From contig JAHEQA010000036.1 in the NCBI GenBank assembly GCA_019561615.1, positions 27,335-91,334 on the forward strand: DNA of 64,000 nucleotides. Direction: 5' to 3'. Of the stretch, positions 1 to 10,550 are shown one piece after another. The notes below the pieces were generated by a model that did no database searches, was not told where the DNA came from, and saw only the letters and a list, made by a program, of their open reading frames with translations. Both the position numbers and the translations under genes were made by a program. The DNA comes from Methanothermococcus sp. SCGC AD-155-E23. GTDB taxonomy: Archaea > AGJL01 > Methanococci > Methanococcales > Methanococcaceae. Within the stretch, counting starts at the first letter, position 1. Every line of letters begins with the position of its first letter.

Positions 1-1129
1 CCACATTCTCCTCCTTACCCTTTACCACCCACTCTGCAATAGGTGTATCGTTGTGTTCTGGGTAGGTAATTGCCTTCATCCCATCTGTAGTTACTACCCC
101 AAGGTCCTTAACCTTCTCTCCAAACTCTGTCATCCAGTAGGTATCCTTGTTCTTTATAACCTCCCTCCTTATAAGCTCCTTGAACTCCAAGGTGTGGAGG
201 ATCTCTCCAAGATCTTCAATACCACTTCTCTTCCTTATCTCCTTGTATGTAGGGAGTACCTCTGGGTTGGTTTCATACTTCTCCTTGATGATCTCTATGG
301 TTTTTAAAACTGTGATCTCCTCCTCCAAGACGTAGATAGGTGTTATCTCTGCATAGGTCTTACCTATCTCACTGTAGGTGGTTAACATGGACTGTCCCAA
401 CTCTGTAATTTCCCCCTCTTTACAGAAACCACTGTCCACCATCTCCTCACTGAACTCCCCTCTCTTCATGGCGTCGAAATCCTCCTTCCTCAGGATCAAG
501 GCCCTACTTAGTTTAGGTACCATGGAGGCTATCTTCAATACCTCCTTCAGTGCAACCGTAGTGGCAAAGGCCTTACCAGCCTCAGTTGTAGGGGATATAC
601 TAAGTAACCTCATGGCCTGGAGGGCATTTAGTATATTGTCCCCCTGCTTCTTGGTATTCTTGTAGGTTACCAACTCATCGTAGAGGCCTATCTTTGGCAT
701 ACCCCTTACAAAGTCCAGTATATCTGGGGTTAGATACACAACTGGGTGGGATTCCCTGTAGATCTTAAGTATCTCCTTACCTACTTCAGTTAACCCCTGG
801 GAATCTGCCAGATGTCTCTCCACCAGTAAACTGTTCCATCTCTCTGGGACGTAACCTGTTTTATCCAGTAACTCCATGATCTTGATTATCTCGGAGTTGA
901 TATACACATCAGGTATGTCCTCTAGGGGTATCTTGTCTATTATCTCCAACATCCTCCTTCCAACATCTGTAAAGGTTATGTCCCCTCCAGATATCTCTAC
1001 AAACCCTAGGATAAACAGTTCTGCTATCCTTACCTCGAACTCTTCAGGTAGTTTGTCTTTTAACTCCTCCCTTTTACTGGTGTCCTTCATAAGTTTTAAA
1101 ATCTCCAGATGCCTCTTCTTTAGGAACAT
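1..1129 (-). CDS. DUF505-like protein, partial (runs off window start)
   Basis: Not in the ORF track. Manual translation from ATG at 1129 (RBS AGGTGGTG) gives MFLKKRHLEILKLMKD..., open to position 1, with repeated wHTH-like 'lTe.G' segments. Family name from recall. Confidence 0.65.
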   Translation of the reverse strand, partial: MFLKKRHLEILKLMKDTSKREELKDKLPEEFEVRIAELFILGFVEISGGDITFTDVGRRMLEIIDKIPLEDIPDVYINSEIIKIMELLDKTGYVPERWNSLLVERHLADSQGLTEVGKEILKIYRESHPVVYLTPDILDFVRGMPKIGLYDELVTYKNTKKQGDNILNALQAMRLLSISPTTEAGKAFATTVALKEVLKIASMVPKLSRALILRKEDFDAMKRGEFSEEMVDSGFCKEGEITELGQSMLTTYSEIGKTYAEITPIYVLEEEITVLKTIEIIKEKYETNPEVLPTYKEIRKRSGIEDLGEILHTLEFKELIRREVIKNKDTYWMTEFGEKVKDLGVVTTDGMKAITYPEHNDTPIAEWVVKGKEENV

Positions 1130-1213
1130 TTCACCACCTTTTAGATTTTTTAGAGTGCAAAAATGATTATTTGTTCACTTAAGGGTCTATAAATAACTTT
1201 ACCCTTCTAATCC

Positions 1214-2104
1214 TCAGGGTTTATAGGGGAACTTGGCAACAATGTCCATAAATTCCTCCTCACTGAGGTACTCCCTATTACCCACCCTAAGTACCTTCTT
1301 CTCAATAACCCTTCCAAAGGGGATAACTGGACATCTCTTCTCCACACATATCTCTAAGATATCCCTTAAATTCTCCTCCCTCGTACTTATAATGTAGGTG
1401 CCCAGGTATCTGGTAGAGCGGGGATAGGGTAGGGCAGTTATCTCCATACCTACCTTGGCCTTCACCATCATCTCAAGTACGTTACACAACCACCCTCCCC
1501 TGGAGGCATCCTTACAGGCGTTAACCTCAATTCCCCTCTCCACTATACTTAAAAAGGTGTCGTATTTATTTTTAGCCCTCTGAATCCTCTCCCCAATGTC
1601 ACCCTCTACAGGATGACCAAGCATAAGTACAATATCTCCAACCTGGGCACCTCCATCAGTTATTACCCTATCTCCTATCAACTCCCCAAACACCACCACA
1701 GATATACAGGGAGATAACCCCTCTTCACTCTGGGTGTTCCCTCCAACTATGGGGATGTTTAAACCTAGGGACTGTCTCCTTAATCCCTCTACAGCCATCT
1801 TTAACTCTTCCTCACTCTGGGCCTGGATTGCATTCAGGGCGTAGAGGGGTCTCGCCCCCATGGCCACAACATCACAGGAGGTATGTATAAGGGCAGTTTT
1901 TGAACCTAGCTTTAGAGGATATGGGCCCTCCATGTTTATTACATTCCTCCCTATTACTACGCTGTCATCCCCTGCCCTAATACCCCTTAAAAGATCCTTT
2001 ACCTTGAGATCCATGTCCCACAGCCTCTTCCTTGGGTAGTGTGTCTCCATCATGTGTTTTATAGCATGTTTTATCTCGTACTCCAAACGTTCCATATTAT
2101 CCAT
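1214..2104 (-). CDS. AIR synthase (PurM-like)-related protein
   Basis: GDDSVV, DVVAMGARP, IVGGNT and KDASRGG motifs. Lacks the HypE C-terminal PRIC. Confidence 0.8.
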   Translation of the reverse strand: MDNMERLEYEIKHAIKHMMETHYPRKRLWDMDLKVKDLLRGIRAGDDSVVIGRNVINMEGPYPLKLGSKTALIHTSCDVVAMGARPLYALNAIQAQSEEELKMAVEGLRRQSLGLNIPIVGGNTQSEEGLSPCISVVVFGELIGDRVITDGGAQVGDIVLMLGHPVEGDIGERIQRAKNKYDTFLSIVERGIEVNACKDASRGGWLCNVLEMMVKAKVGMEITALPYPRSTRYLGTYIISTREENLRDILEICVEKRCPVIPFGRVIEKKVLRVGNREYLSEEEFMDIVAKFPYKP

Positions 2105-4439
2105 GCTCCAATCTTTTATTGAGGATATAGCCTATACCCTGGCCGAAGCTTATACCTCCATCTCCATTTGGCACCCTACTGTGATAGAGGAATTTAAAGC
2201 CCTCCTCCTCAACCCTCCTCCTTATTAACTGAGAGATGATAGTGTTGTAGGATACCCCTCCAGTAAGACCTATGTACTCTACCCCCTCCCTCTCCCCAAA
2301 CTTTAGAGCCATGGTGGAGAGCCCCTCCCCTATAGCCAGGTGTATATAGAGCCCTATAAACTCCCTCTCATAACCCTCCAACAACATGTTGTAGGCCCTG
2401 TAGACCAGATCACTTGTAATAAGTCTATTACCCTTTATCCTAATATCCTCCCTGGCCATCTCTAGGCATCTCCTATACTCCCTCTCACTATAACCCCTAG
2501 ACCTTACAAACCCCTCCAATCTTATGGCAGGTTCTCCATCGTAGGTTTTCCTATGGCAGATGGAGAGCATGGCAGATAGGGCATCTAGCACCCTTCCACA
2601 GGATGTGGTCTCCTGGAGGTTTATCCCCCTCTCTAACTGGAAGAGTATAAGTTCCAAGGTTCTATCGTCGAAGACGTTATAGCCCCTTATAAACTCCAGT
2701 AACTCCTCCCTCTCCAACCTCTTGTAAAGTATAGCCATCAACATCCTAAGGGGATACTCTGTACATATATCCCCTCCAGGCATGTACTGTTCCTCAAGAT
2801 GTCCCATCCTCTCCATCCTCTTATCCCTATACCTCAGGATCTCGCCACCCCATATCTTACCGTCTTCTCCATAGCCTAGACCGTCAATGGCGACGATTAT
2901 TGAATCCTGGAATATGTCCTCATCCCCAAGGAGGGCGTAGGCGTGGGCCTTGTGATGTTGAATACTGTAGAGTTCTGCGTCAAACCTCTCTGCCAACTCC
3001 CTGGCCAGTCTAGTGGAGTTGTATCCTGGATGTAGGTCACATACCACCCCCTGGATATCCCTGGTGTTGGTGATCCTCAGCAACCTCTCTATCCCCTCAC
3101 TTAAATATTTAAATGTCTCATACTTTGAGGTGTTCCCAATATGTTGGGAGAGGTAGAATCTATTACCCTTTATTAAACATGCCGTTGAATTTATCTCAGG
3201 ACCTACTGCAATAATATTCTCCCTGTTTTCCCTAATATCCCTGTGATTTACTACAACAACAGGCTCTGGAACATACCCCCTGGACCTTCTAAGAAACACC
3301 ACCCTCTTGTCAACCCTCTTTACTACACTGTCATCACATCTGTTGACGATCTCCCTGTTGTGGATTAAAAAGTAGTCTGCAATACCCCTTAACTTATGGA
3401 GTATCTCATCGTTCTCTATAACCATGGGGTGCCCAGGAAGGTTTCCAGAGGTCATAACATAGGCCAGTGCCTCTGAACCCTCCAAGAGGAGGTAGTGTAA
3501 CCCAGAGTAAGGTAGCATAACCCCTATTGTATCTAAGTTGGAGATGTACTCCGAGAAGTAACTGTTGTAATCCCTACCCTTCTTCAACACTACTATAGGT
3601 CTCCTTGGAGACTTTAAAAGGGCCCACTCCTCCTCCCCCACCTCTGCAAAGAGTTCAAGGTTATCCTCCTTAGACATAACTGCAAAGGGCTGAGTAGGTC
3701 TACCTAGACGCTCCCTAAGTTCTAGAACAACATGGTCCATGTCACACCTACATGCAAGATGGGTGCCTCCAATACCCTTCACAGCCAGAATAGAACCCTC
3801 ATTTAGAAGTTTTACACCTTCAAGTATGGCCTTGTCACCTTCACCTAACACCTTACCTTCACTATCCACAAGGTAGACCTGTGGGCCACACCTTGGACAG
3901 CAGGTTGCCTGGGCGTGGAATCTCCTATCCCTGGGATCCCTATACTCCCTTAGACACTCCTCACATAGGGGGAAATCAGCCATGGAGGTATTCTCCCTGT
4001 CGTAAGGTAGTCTCTTAACTATGGTAAATCTTGGACCGCAGTTTGTACATGCTATAAAGGGGTATCTGTATCTCCTGTTCCTCCTATCCCACATCTCCCT
4101 TAGACACTCCTCACAGATGGACACATCTGGAGGTACTGTACCTCCATCTTCCTCTACCCTACCACCACTACCCTCTATAACGAAGTCCCTGTAGAGTAGT
4201 GGGAGACTGTAATCTAGCACCTCCATCTTCTCTATCTGAGCCAGAGGTGGCTTCTTATCCCTTATATCCCTTAGAAAGTTTCTTATATCTTCCTCCTCCC
4301 CAGATACCACTATTTCAACGTAGTTCCCCATATTTTTTACATAACCCTTTAAGTTGTTCTCCCTACCTATCCTGTAGATAAAGGGTCGAAATCCAACCCC
4401 CTGGACCACTCCCTTTACAATTATCTTCTTTGTCTCCAT
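2097..4439 (-). CDS. hypF: [NiFe]-hydrogenase maturation carbamoyltransferase HypF
   Basis: VQGVGFRPF acylphosphatase domain, paired CxxC zinc fingers, DLHP..HHKAH, GDGGISFGQ. Confidence 0.97.
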   Translation of the reverse strand: METKKIIVKGVVQGVGFRPFIYRIGRENNLKGYVKNMGNYVEIVVSGEEEDIRNFLRDIRDKKPPLAQIEKMEVLDYSLPLLYRDFVIEGSGGRVEEDGGTVPPDVSICEECLREMWDRRNRRYRYPFIACTNCGPRFTIVKRLPYDRENTSMADFPLCEECLREYRDPRDRRFHAQATCCPRCGPQVYLVDSEGKVLGEGDKAILEGVKLLNEGSILAVKGIGGTHLACRCDMDHVVLELRERLGRPTQPFAVMSKEDNLELFAEVGEEEWALLKSPRRPIVVLKKGRDYNSYFSEYISNLDTIGVMLPYSGLHYLLLEGSEALAYVMTSGNLPGHPMVIENDEILHKLRGIADYFLIHNREIVNRCDDSVVKRVDKRVVFLRRSRGYVPEPVVVVNHRDIRENRENIIAVGPEINSTACLIKGNRFYLSQHIGNTSKYETFKYLSEGIERLLRITNTRDIQGVVCDLHPGYNSTRLARELAERFDAELYSIQHHKAHAYALLGDEDIFQDSIIVAIDGLGYGEDGKIWGGEILRYRDKRMERMGHLEEQYMPGGDICTEYPLRMLMAILYKRLEREELLEFIRGYNVFDDRTLELILFQLERGINLQETTSCGRVLDALSAMLSICHRKTYDGEPAIRLEGFVRSRGYSEREYRRCLEMAREDIRIKGNRLITSDLVYRAYNMLLEGYEREFIGLYIHLAIGEGLSTMALKFGEREGVEYIGLTGGVSYNTIISQLIRRRVEEEGFKFLYHSRVPNGDGGISFGQGIGYILNKRLEHG

Positions 4440-4537
4440 ACCTATCCCCTTATAGGTTAAAAGAAAAGTATAAAAATAATTATTACTAAAGTCTTAATTC
4501 TTTTTTACCCTTTACACCAGAAGTTGGGGAAATTTAT

Positions 4538-5290
4538 ATGGAGGAGCTTATAGTAATCATTCCAACCTACAACGAGGAGAAGAATATTTTGAAGGTTTTA
4601 AAGGATTTGAACAACATTCCTGTAGATGTGCTCATTGTAGACGATGGAAGTACAGATAACACTAAAGAGGTTATCCAGGAGTACCTAGATAGAGGGGAGC
4701 ATAGAAACAGGATATACACCATATTTAAGGAGAGAAATGAGGGTAAATCAAAGGCCCTTCAAAGTGGAACAGAGTTGGCCTTGAAGTTAGGATATAGGTA
4801 CATTGTATTCATGGATGGTGACTACCAGCATAAACCTAAGGACATCCCAAAGATGTTTAAAAAGTTAAAGAAGTGTAAGGGAGATGCCGTCTTCGGTATA
4901 AGGAGGTACTCCTCCATCCCACTCCATAGACAGATATCCAACTTCCTAGCCAGTGTCTCCATGTCTCTCCTTATATCCCTATACCTAGGTAGGGTATACA
5001 TCTTCAGGGATATACAATGTGGATTCAGGATCATCAGGGGTGATCTCCTGAGGGATATATACTTTGGTGAGGGGTACAGTGTGGAACATTTAGTCGCTAT
5101 ACAGCTGGCTAAAAAGGGGGCAAAGATAGTGGAGGAGTATATAGATGTGGAGTACCATCCAGAGGCCCACTCCCACATCACAACTAGAAAGATACTTGAC
5201 GTTATGATGGAAGTTGCAAGGTATGTAATATCTGATATTAAGTCATCCCTTAGAGGAAGTAAGGGTCTTGTAAACCTCTATAGAAAGTGA
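4538..5290 (+). CDS. Family 2 glycosyltransferase (dolichol-phosphate sugar synthase-like)
   Basis: IIPTYNE, VDDGSTD, MDGDYQH, DIQCGFR. Confidence 0.9.
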   Translation: MEELIVIIPTYNEEKNILKVLKDLNNIPVDVLIVDDGSTDNTKEVIQEYLDRGEHRNRIYTIFKERNEGKSKALQSGTELALKLGYRYIVFMDGDYQHKPKDIPKMFKKLKKCKGDAVFGIRRYSSIPLHRQISNFLASVSMSLLISLYLGRVYIFRDIQCGFRIIRGDLLRDIYFGEGYSVEHLVAIQLAKKGAKIVEEYIDVEYHPEAHSHITTRKILDVMMEVARYVISDIKSSLRGSKGLVNLYRK

Positions 5291-5295
5291 GGGAA

Positions 5296-5796
5296 ATGAA
5301 ATACAGGGCGTTAAATAGAGAGGAGATAGAGAGTATAAAAAACATACTAAGTTACTACCTCAGTAAGGAGGACATAGAAAATTTTAAATTTAAGAATCTT
5401 TACCTCCTATACGACAGGGATAGATACGACGTTATCTACGCCACTGAGGAGGTTCTAAAAAATCTAAGGCTCTTTAAGAACATCTATGGAGCAGGTTTAA
5501 TATTTGGAAATTTTAAGAAGAAGAAGGATAAGATTAAATTTACACTGTCTCTAGAGGGGATGGATCTCATCTCTAAGGATATAGTCAAGAACTACGCCGT
5601 GGTAAATAGAAAGGGGGAGGTTCTCTTTCTATACGGGAGGGATATATTTCTCTCCTCTGTTTTGGAGTTAAAGGGTGGGGGGAGATTGGCTATCTTCAAC
5701 AGGGACAGGGAGTTTCTAGGTATCGGTAGCTATGGAGGGGGGGATATCATAAAGAACGTTATAGATAAGGGATGGTACCTAAGGGAAGGGGGATGA
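5296..5796 (+). CDS. Nip7-like PUA-domain ribosome biogenesis protein (UPF0113)
   Basis: LFLYGRDIF and C-terminal DKGWYLREGG. ATG at 5296 preferred. Confidence 0.85.
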   Translation: MKYRALNREEIESIKNILSYYLSKEDIENFKFKNLYLLYDRDRYDVIYATEEVLKNLRLFKNIYGAGLIFGNFKKKKDKIKFTLSLEGMDLISKDIVKNYAVVNRKGEVLFLYGRDIFLSSVLELKGGGRLAIFNRDREFLGIGSYGGGDIIKNVIDKGWYLREGG

Positions 5797-6605
5797 CTAT
5801 GGAATCCAAGACACTTATAAGACGTATACTGAAGGACATCTATAGAAATTTAGACGAGTACTCCAAGGATCTTATAAGGGCCTGTAATTACAAGGTAAAG
5901 TTCCAAGGCCTATTTTTAGTGGAGAGAGATACTGGAAAGAGGAGAAATATAAGGTCCCTGGAGGAGTGTGAATCTCTACCATCCTTTAAGGTGGAGGATA
6001 GGGAGTACACCCTCAAAGGTGTCAATCTAGAGGATGTCCACAGGGACACCTTGGAGATACTTCTATCTTCAAAGACCTCTAAGGGTTACTCCTTCAAGGT
6101 GGACAAGGACTACAGGGTCGTTGGACCTAAAAGGGATATCACCTATGAGCATAGGGAGAGGATACTAAGGTGGAATGAACTCTCCGAGGAGGAGTTGGAT
6201 AAAAAACTTGACAGGTTCTACGATATTGTTGAGAGAGTATGTGAGGACCTAAGGAAGGTAGAGGGTATGGAGAAGTACAACTTCATGGTATACACAGATA
6301 TATTCATGGATCTGGAGGTTGTAGAAAACATCGTTGAGAGAGAGGAAGATATAACTATCATCTGGATCCATCCCCTCTACCTCTTCTCCAGTGAGAGGGT
6401 CTTAAAGGGTGTTGTAGCCTACGAGTTGTCCACCTACAACAGAAGGATTCTGGAGGAGTTCTACAGGGATATCCTAGAGTACTGTAGGGAGTACAAGAAA
6501 CTCTTTGGCAAGAACTTGAAGGTACTCAAGGAGATAAAGGACATTGCCATAAAGAGAAAGGATAAAGAGGTTATGGATATTATTAGGGAGATAGAGGAGA
6601 TCTAA
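5793..6605 (+). CDS. Conserved hypothetical protein
   Basis: Long ORF with host-like codon usage, coupled to neighbours by an ATGA overlap. Confidence 0.75.
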   Translation: MTMESKTLIRRILKDIYRNLDEYSKDLIRACNYKVKFQGLFLVERDTGKRRNIRSLEECESLPSFKVEDREYTLKGVNLEDVHRDTLEILLSSKTSKGYSFKVDKDYRVVGPKRDITYEHRERILRWNELSEEELDKKLDRFYDIVERVCEDLRKVEGMEKYNFMVYTDIFMDLEVVENIVEREEDITIIWIHPLYLFSSERVLKGVVAYELSTYNRRILEEFYRDILEYCREYKKLFGKNLKVLKEIKDIAIKRKDKEVMDIIREIEEI

Positions 6606-6641
6606 TTTTTTTAATATTTAGAGGGTAGAGAGGGTGACTCC

Positions 6642-8597
6642 ATGTTCCAGATAAAGGCGAGAGATGGAATGGGAAGGATTGGAAAGTTGGAGATAAAGGG
6701 CAAGGTAATTGAAACACCAACGATAATGCCTGTTATACATCCCAATCCAGAGAAGCAACTTGTCCCCATGGAGAAGGTTAAGAAACTTGCAGATGTGGTG
6801 ATTACAAATGCCTATATTATATACTCCAATCCTGAGCTTAGAAAAATTGCAGAGGAGGAGGGTGTCCACAAGCTTATAGGGTTTGACAAGGTGGTAGTTA
6901 CAGACAGTGGCTCCTTCCAACTAAGTGTATATGGGGACATAGACGTGGAGCCCCTGGAGATAGTAGAGTTCCAGGAAAAGATAGGGGTAGACGTAGGTAC
7001 TATACTTGACATCCCCACACCACCCTATGCAGATAGGGAGGTTGCAGAGAGGGATATGGAGGAGACTATAAGGAGGGGTAGGGAGGCTCTAGAATTGAAG
7101 AGGAGTAAGAACTTCAGTATGCTCCTCAATGGGACTATACAGGGGTCAACTTACATGGATCTCAGGAGAAGGTGTGCAGAGATTATGGGCAGTATGGATT
7201 TTGACATATACCCCATAGGTGCAGTGGTACCTCTCCTGGAGAAGTACCACTATAAAACCCTTGTAGATGTTATCATCAACTCAAAGATGGGCCTACCTAC
7301 TAACAAACCTGTCCATCTCTTTGGATGTGGACATCCCACCCTCTTTGCCCTTGCAGTTCTCCTTGGATGTGATCTATTTGACAGTGCCGCCTACGCCCTC
7401 TATGCCAAGGATGACAGGTATCTAACAGAGTATGGAACCTACTATCTCGAGGATTTAAAGGATCTTAAACAGTTTCCATGCTCCTGCCCTGTATGTAGTG
7501 AGTACTCTCCAAAAGAGGTATACAACATGGAGAAGAGGGAGAGGGAGAGGTTACTGGCGGAGCATAACCTCTATGTTACCTTCGAGGAGATAAGTAGGGT
7601 GAAGGAGGCGATTAGGGAGGGTGCCCTCTGGGAGTTGGTGGAGCTAAGGTGTAGATGTCATCCAAGGTTGTTAGAGGCCTACAGGCAGGCTTTGAAGTAT
7701 GTGGAGTTTATAGAGAGGTTTGACCCAGTTACTAAGAAGTCAGGGTTCTTCTATGGAGGATACGAGAGCCTCTTTAGACCTGAGGTGATAAGGCATAAGG
7801 AGAGACTACACAGGATAAGGTATGAGAAGATATTTATTACCACTGTATCCAAGGATGTGGAGAAACCCTACAGTGAGAACCTTAACATCCCTCCAACTGA
7901 TGTAGATATCCTTGTAAAAGATGATGTATTTGGACTGATACCCCTAAATATAGACCTTATCTATCCACTGCTCCAAAGTGAGATACCTGAACTCTACGAC
8001 GTTGAGAAGGAGCACAACAAACAATTTGTAAAGGAGTTTATGGAGAGATACAAGGACAAGATAATGGATATCGTTACCTACAACTACTATCTCAGCTATT
8101 ACAGCTCCAAGAAAAAGAAGATCAACAGGGACGTTATAAGGATAGACAGGATGCTCCAGTACCAGTACGGATTCAAGATACTAGATGAGGAGATCATGGA
8201 GAGAATAATAGTAAGGAGGAGTAAGAGGACAGGTTGGATAAGGAATGTATTTTTAGTTGAGGGGGATGAGAAGAAACTCCTATTTACCTTAAGATCCTAT
8301 GACAACTTCCTTATCCCTACAGAGGAGGGGGCAAAGTTACTACATAGGAAGATACCCTATCCAAAGTACAGGGTTGTTGTAGATAAGTCTGTTGAGAGGT
8401 TTGCAAGGGAGGGGAGATCAGTATACGCCAAGTTTGTTGTAGACTGTGACAGGGATCTAAGACCCTACGAGGAGGTACTTGTTGTAAACGAGGATGATGA
8501 ACTCCTAGGGTATGGAACCACCATACTTAACGGTAGGGAGTTGATGGAGTTTAACTACGGTGTTGCTGTAGATATGAGAAAGGGTATTAGGGATTAG
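6642..8597 (+). CDS. tgtA: tRNA-guanine(15) transglycosylase (archaeosine synthesis)
   Basis: TDSGSFQ, HLFG, FDSAAY, CSCPVC zinc site, C-terminal PUA domain. Confidence 0.96.
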   Translation: MFQIKARDGMGRIGKLEIKGKVIETPTIMPVIHPNPEKQLVPMEKVKKLADVVITNAYIIYSNPELRKIAEEEGVHKLIGFDKVVVTDSGSFQLSVYGDIDVEPLEIVEFQEKIGVDVGTILDIPTPPYADREVAERDMEETIRRGREALELKRSKNFSMLLNGTIQGSTYMDLRRRCAEIMGSMDFDIYPIGAVVPLLEKYHYKTLVDVIINSKMGLPTNKPVHLFGCGHPTLFALAVLLGCDLFDSAAYALYAKDDRYLTEYGTYYLEDLKDLKQFPCSCPVCSEYSPKEVYNMEKRERERLLAEHNLYVTFEEISRVKEAIREGALWELVELRCRCHPRLLEAYRQALKYVEFIERFDPVTKKSGFFYGGYESLFRPEVIRHKERLHRIRYEKIFITTVSKDVEKPYSENLNIPPTDVDILVKDDVFGLIPLNIDLIYPLLQSEIPELYDVEKEHNKQFVKEFMERYKDKIMDIVTYNYYLSYYSSKKKKINRDVIRIDRMLQYQYGFKILDEEIMERIIVRRSKRTGWIRNVFLVEGDEKKLLFTLRSYDNFLIPTEEGAKLLHRKIPYPKYRVVVDKSVERFAREGRSVYAKFVVDCDRDLRPYEEVLVVNEDDELLGYGTTILNGRELMEFNYGVAVDMRKGIRD

Positions 8598-9615
8598 TCT
8601 TTAACCTAGACTTGATAGGTGGTGTGTAGATAGGTTCCTCCTTAAGTATACCCTCTGGTTTGTAGCAGAGTATGAGAAGTGCCAAGATCCCAAAGACTAT
8701 ATACTGTAGCCAGACTGCCTCAAAGGGTAGGTGAAGTAGATACTTGATATCGAACTTGTAGAAGTCTATCAGCATCTTAAGTAGCACAAATATAAAGGCA
8801 CCTAGAACTACCCCCTTGTTGTTCCCCTTACCTCCCAGAAGTACTATAAGGAAGGGGTAGAACGTCCATTCAACCCTGTTAAATGCATTTACTACAACAC
8901 TTGAGGAGTAGAATACAAAGATCACCCCTGCAATGGCAGCGATTGCAGAACCTAGGGCCATGGTTTTAACCCTTAACTTCATCACATCCCTACCAAAGGC
9001 CTTTATTAGATCCTCGTTCTCCCTGTGACCCCTAAGTATCCTACCGTAGGGACTGTTCAACAACCTCTCCAGGAAGAGGTAAACAAGTAGTGCAGATATC
9101 AAAGCCAGTACTGTATAGGCGTAAACCCTGTACTCCCCAGGTACAAAGGCCAGTATATCAGGTACTGATACCCCGTAGTATCCTCCTACTATCTCTGTGT
9201 TGTAAAATAAGATGAGATAAACCACCTCACTTATGGCCAAGAGGGTAACACCTAGGTAGTCCCCCTTAAGTTTTGCACTTGGGAGTATAGAGAGTGCCCC
9301 TGCTATAGCCCCTGCAACTACAGCCATTGTTACACAGAATAGAAAGATGCCCAATCCTATCAGTGGATTTTGACTTATTATCTCTGTCATCTTATAGGCT
9401 GCAAGGCTACTTGCAGAGATAAAGTCTCCCTCAATTCCAAAGTACCAGATTAAAAGTCTATTTAAAATCCCCCCAACTACAAGGGCACCTGTCAATACAG
9501 AGAGGGCCTTACCAAAGTTAGGTATCCCTCCATATCCAAACTCCAGGTTTAAACTAAGAGATACTATGGTGTAGAGAGCGAAGAAAAAGAGTATTAGGGT
9601 TATAAGTTCAACCAT
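8587..9615 (-). CDS. livM: Branched-chain amino acid ABC transporter permease (LivM-like)
   Basis: GYGGIPNFG, LKGDYLGV, SPYGRILR, LLGGKGN; hydrophobic. Confidence 0.88.
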   Translation of the reverse strand: MVELITLILFFFALYTIVSLSLNLEFGYGGIPNFGKALSVLTGALVVGGILNRLLIWYFGIEGDFISASSLAAYKMTEIISQNPLIGLGIFLFCVTMAVVAGAIAGALSILPSAKLKGDYLGVTLLAISEVVYLILFYNTEIVGGYYGVSVPDILAFVPGEYRVYAYTVLALISALLVYLFLERLLNSPYGRILRGHRENEDLIKAFGRDVMKLRVKTMALGSAIAAIAGVIFVFYSSSVVVNAFNRVEWTFYPFLIVLLGGKGNNKGVVLGAFIFVLLKMLIDFYKFDIKYLLHLPFEAVWLQYIVFGILALLILCYKPEGILKEEPIYTPPIKSRLKTNP

Positions 9616-10520
9616 CTTTCCACCCTCCTCCACATCTCAGTACCAGTTATACCCCTTGGATGTAGGAGTATGGTAACTATCATCATAAGTAGGGAGATCA
9701 CCTTGCTGTAAACCAGGACACCAGGTCCTAGGAGTATGGAGAGTATATATGTAAACAGGGACTCGGAGACCCCTATGATATAACCCCCTACCAGGGCACC
9801 TACTATATGGTAGAGTCCTCCCACTATACTAGCAGCAAATATGGAGACTACAATGAAGTATCCAGTTTGAGGGATTATCTCCTGAAGGTAGGGGAGTACA
9901 GAACCAGCCATACATGCAAGAGCTCCAGAGAGGAACCAGGAGAAGAGTCTAGTATTCTCCACATTTATACCCATAGCCTCTGCCAGGGAGGGGTTCTCCA
10001 TAGAGGCCCTAAGTGCAATACCAAATTTAGTTTTATAGAGTAACAGGTAAAGACCTAGGATAGTTAAAAGTACTAGAAGAGAGGATACTACAAGTCTTCC
10101 AGGTATACCGTAGATATTGAAGTCCAGGGAGGTAAATACGAAAAGTGTCTCGGTTTTCTTTGTTATGGCACTTAACACCTCAGAGTAGGCCCCTATTATA
10201 CCGAAGAGAATAAGATCCCAGGCCAAGGTAGCTATCATCAACATCTCTATAGAGGCCTTCCTCTTGATAAGTGGCTTCAAGGCTATGTAGTAGGTGGAGA
10301 TTCCCAGGATACCTCCTAGGATAAAGGTAACAGGTATGGAGAGATAGGGGTTTAAACCTATTAACCTCAACAGTGTTAACGCTATATAGGATCCCACTAT
10401 GGCGAAGGAGGCCTGGGCAAAGTTTGGCACCCCAGTGGTAATATAGGTCATGGTAAGTCCAAGGGCCAAAAGTACTAGAAGATTTGACCACACTATAGCA
10501 CCTATAAGTACATCTATCAT
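9600..10520 (-). CDS. livH: Branched-chain amino acid ABC transporter permease (LivH-like)
   Basis: LGLTM..GVPNFAQ, TKFGIALRA..ENP..A.AMGIN. Confidence 0.88.
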   Translation of the reverse strand: MIDVLIGAIVWSNLLVLLALGLTMTYITTGVPNFAQASFAIVGSYIALTLLRLIGLNPYLSIPVTFILGGILGISTYYIALKPLIKRKASIEMLMIATLAWDLILFGIIGAYSEVLSAITKKTETLFVFTSLDFNIYGIPGRLVVSSLLVLLTILGLYLLLYKTKFGIALRASMENPSLAEAMGINVENTRLFSWFLSGALACMAGSVLPYLQEIIPQTGYFIVVSIFAASIVGGLYHIVGALVGGYIIGVSESLFTYILSILLGPGVLVYSKVISLLMMIVTILLHPRGITGTEMWRRVERWLNL

Positions 10521-10550
10521 CCCTATCACCGTTAAAAAAATAAAAAATTT

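Noticed and set aside
53-1166. Four short plus-strand ORFs
   Set aside because: They are shadows of the long minus-strand gene starting at 1129.
1214-2104. hypE or selD call
   Set aside because: No C-terminal PRIC and no N-terminal Cys/Sec-Lys SelD motif.
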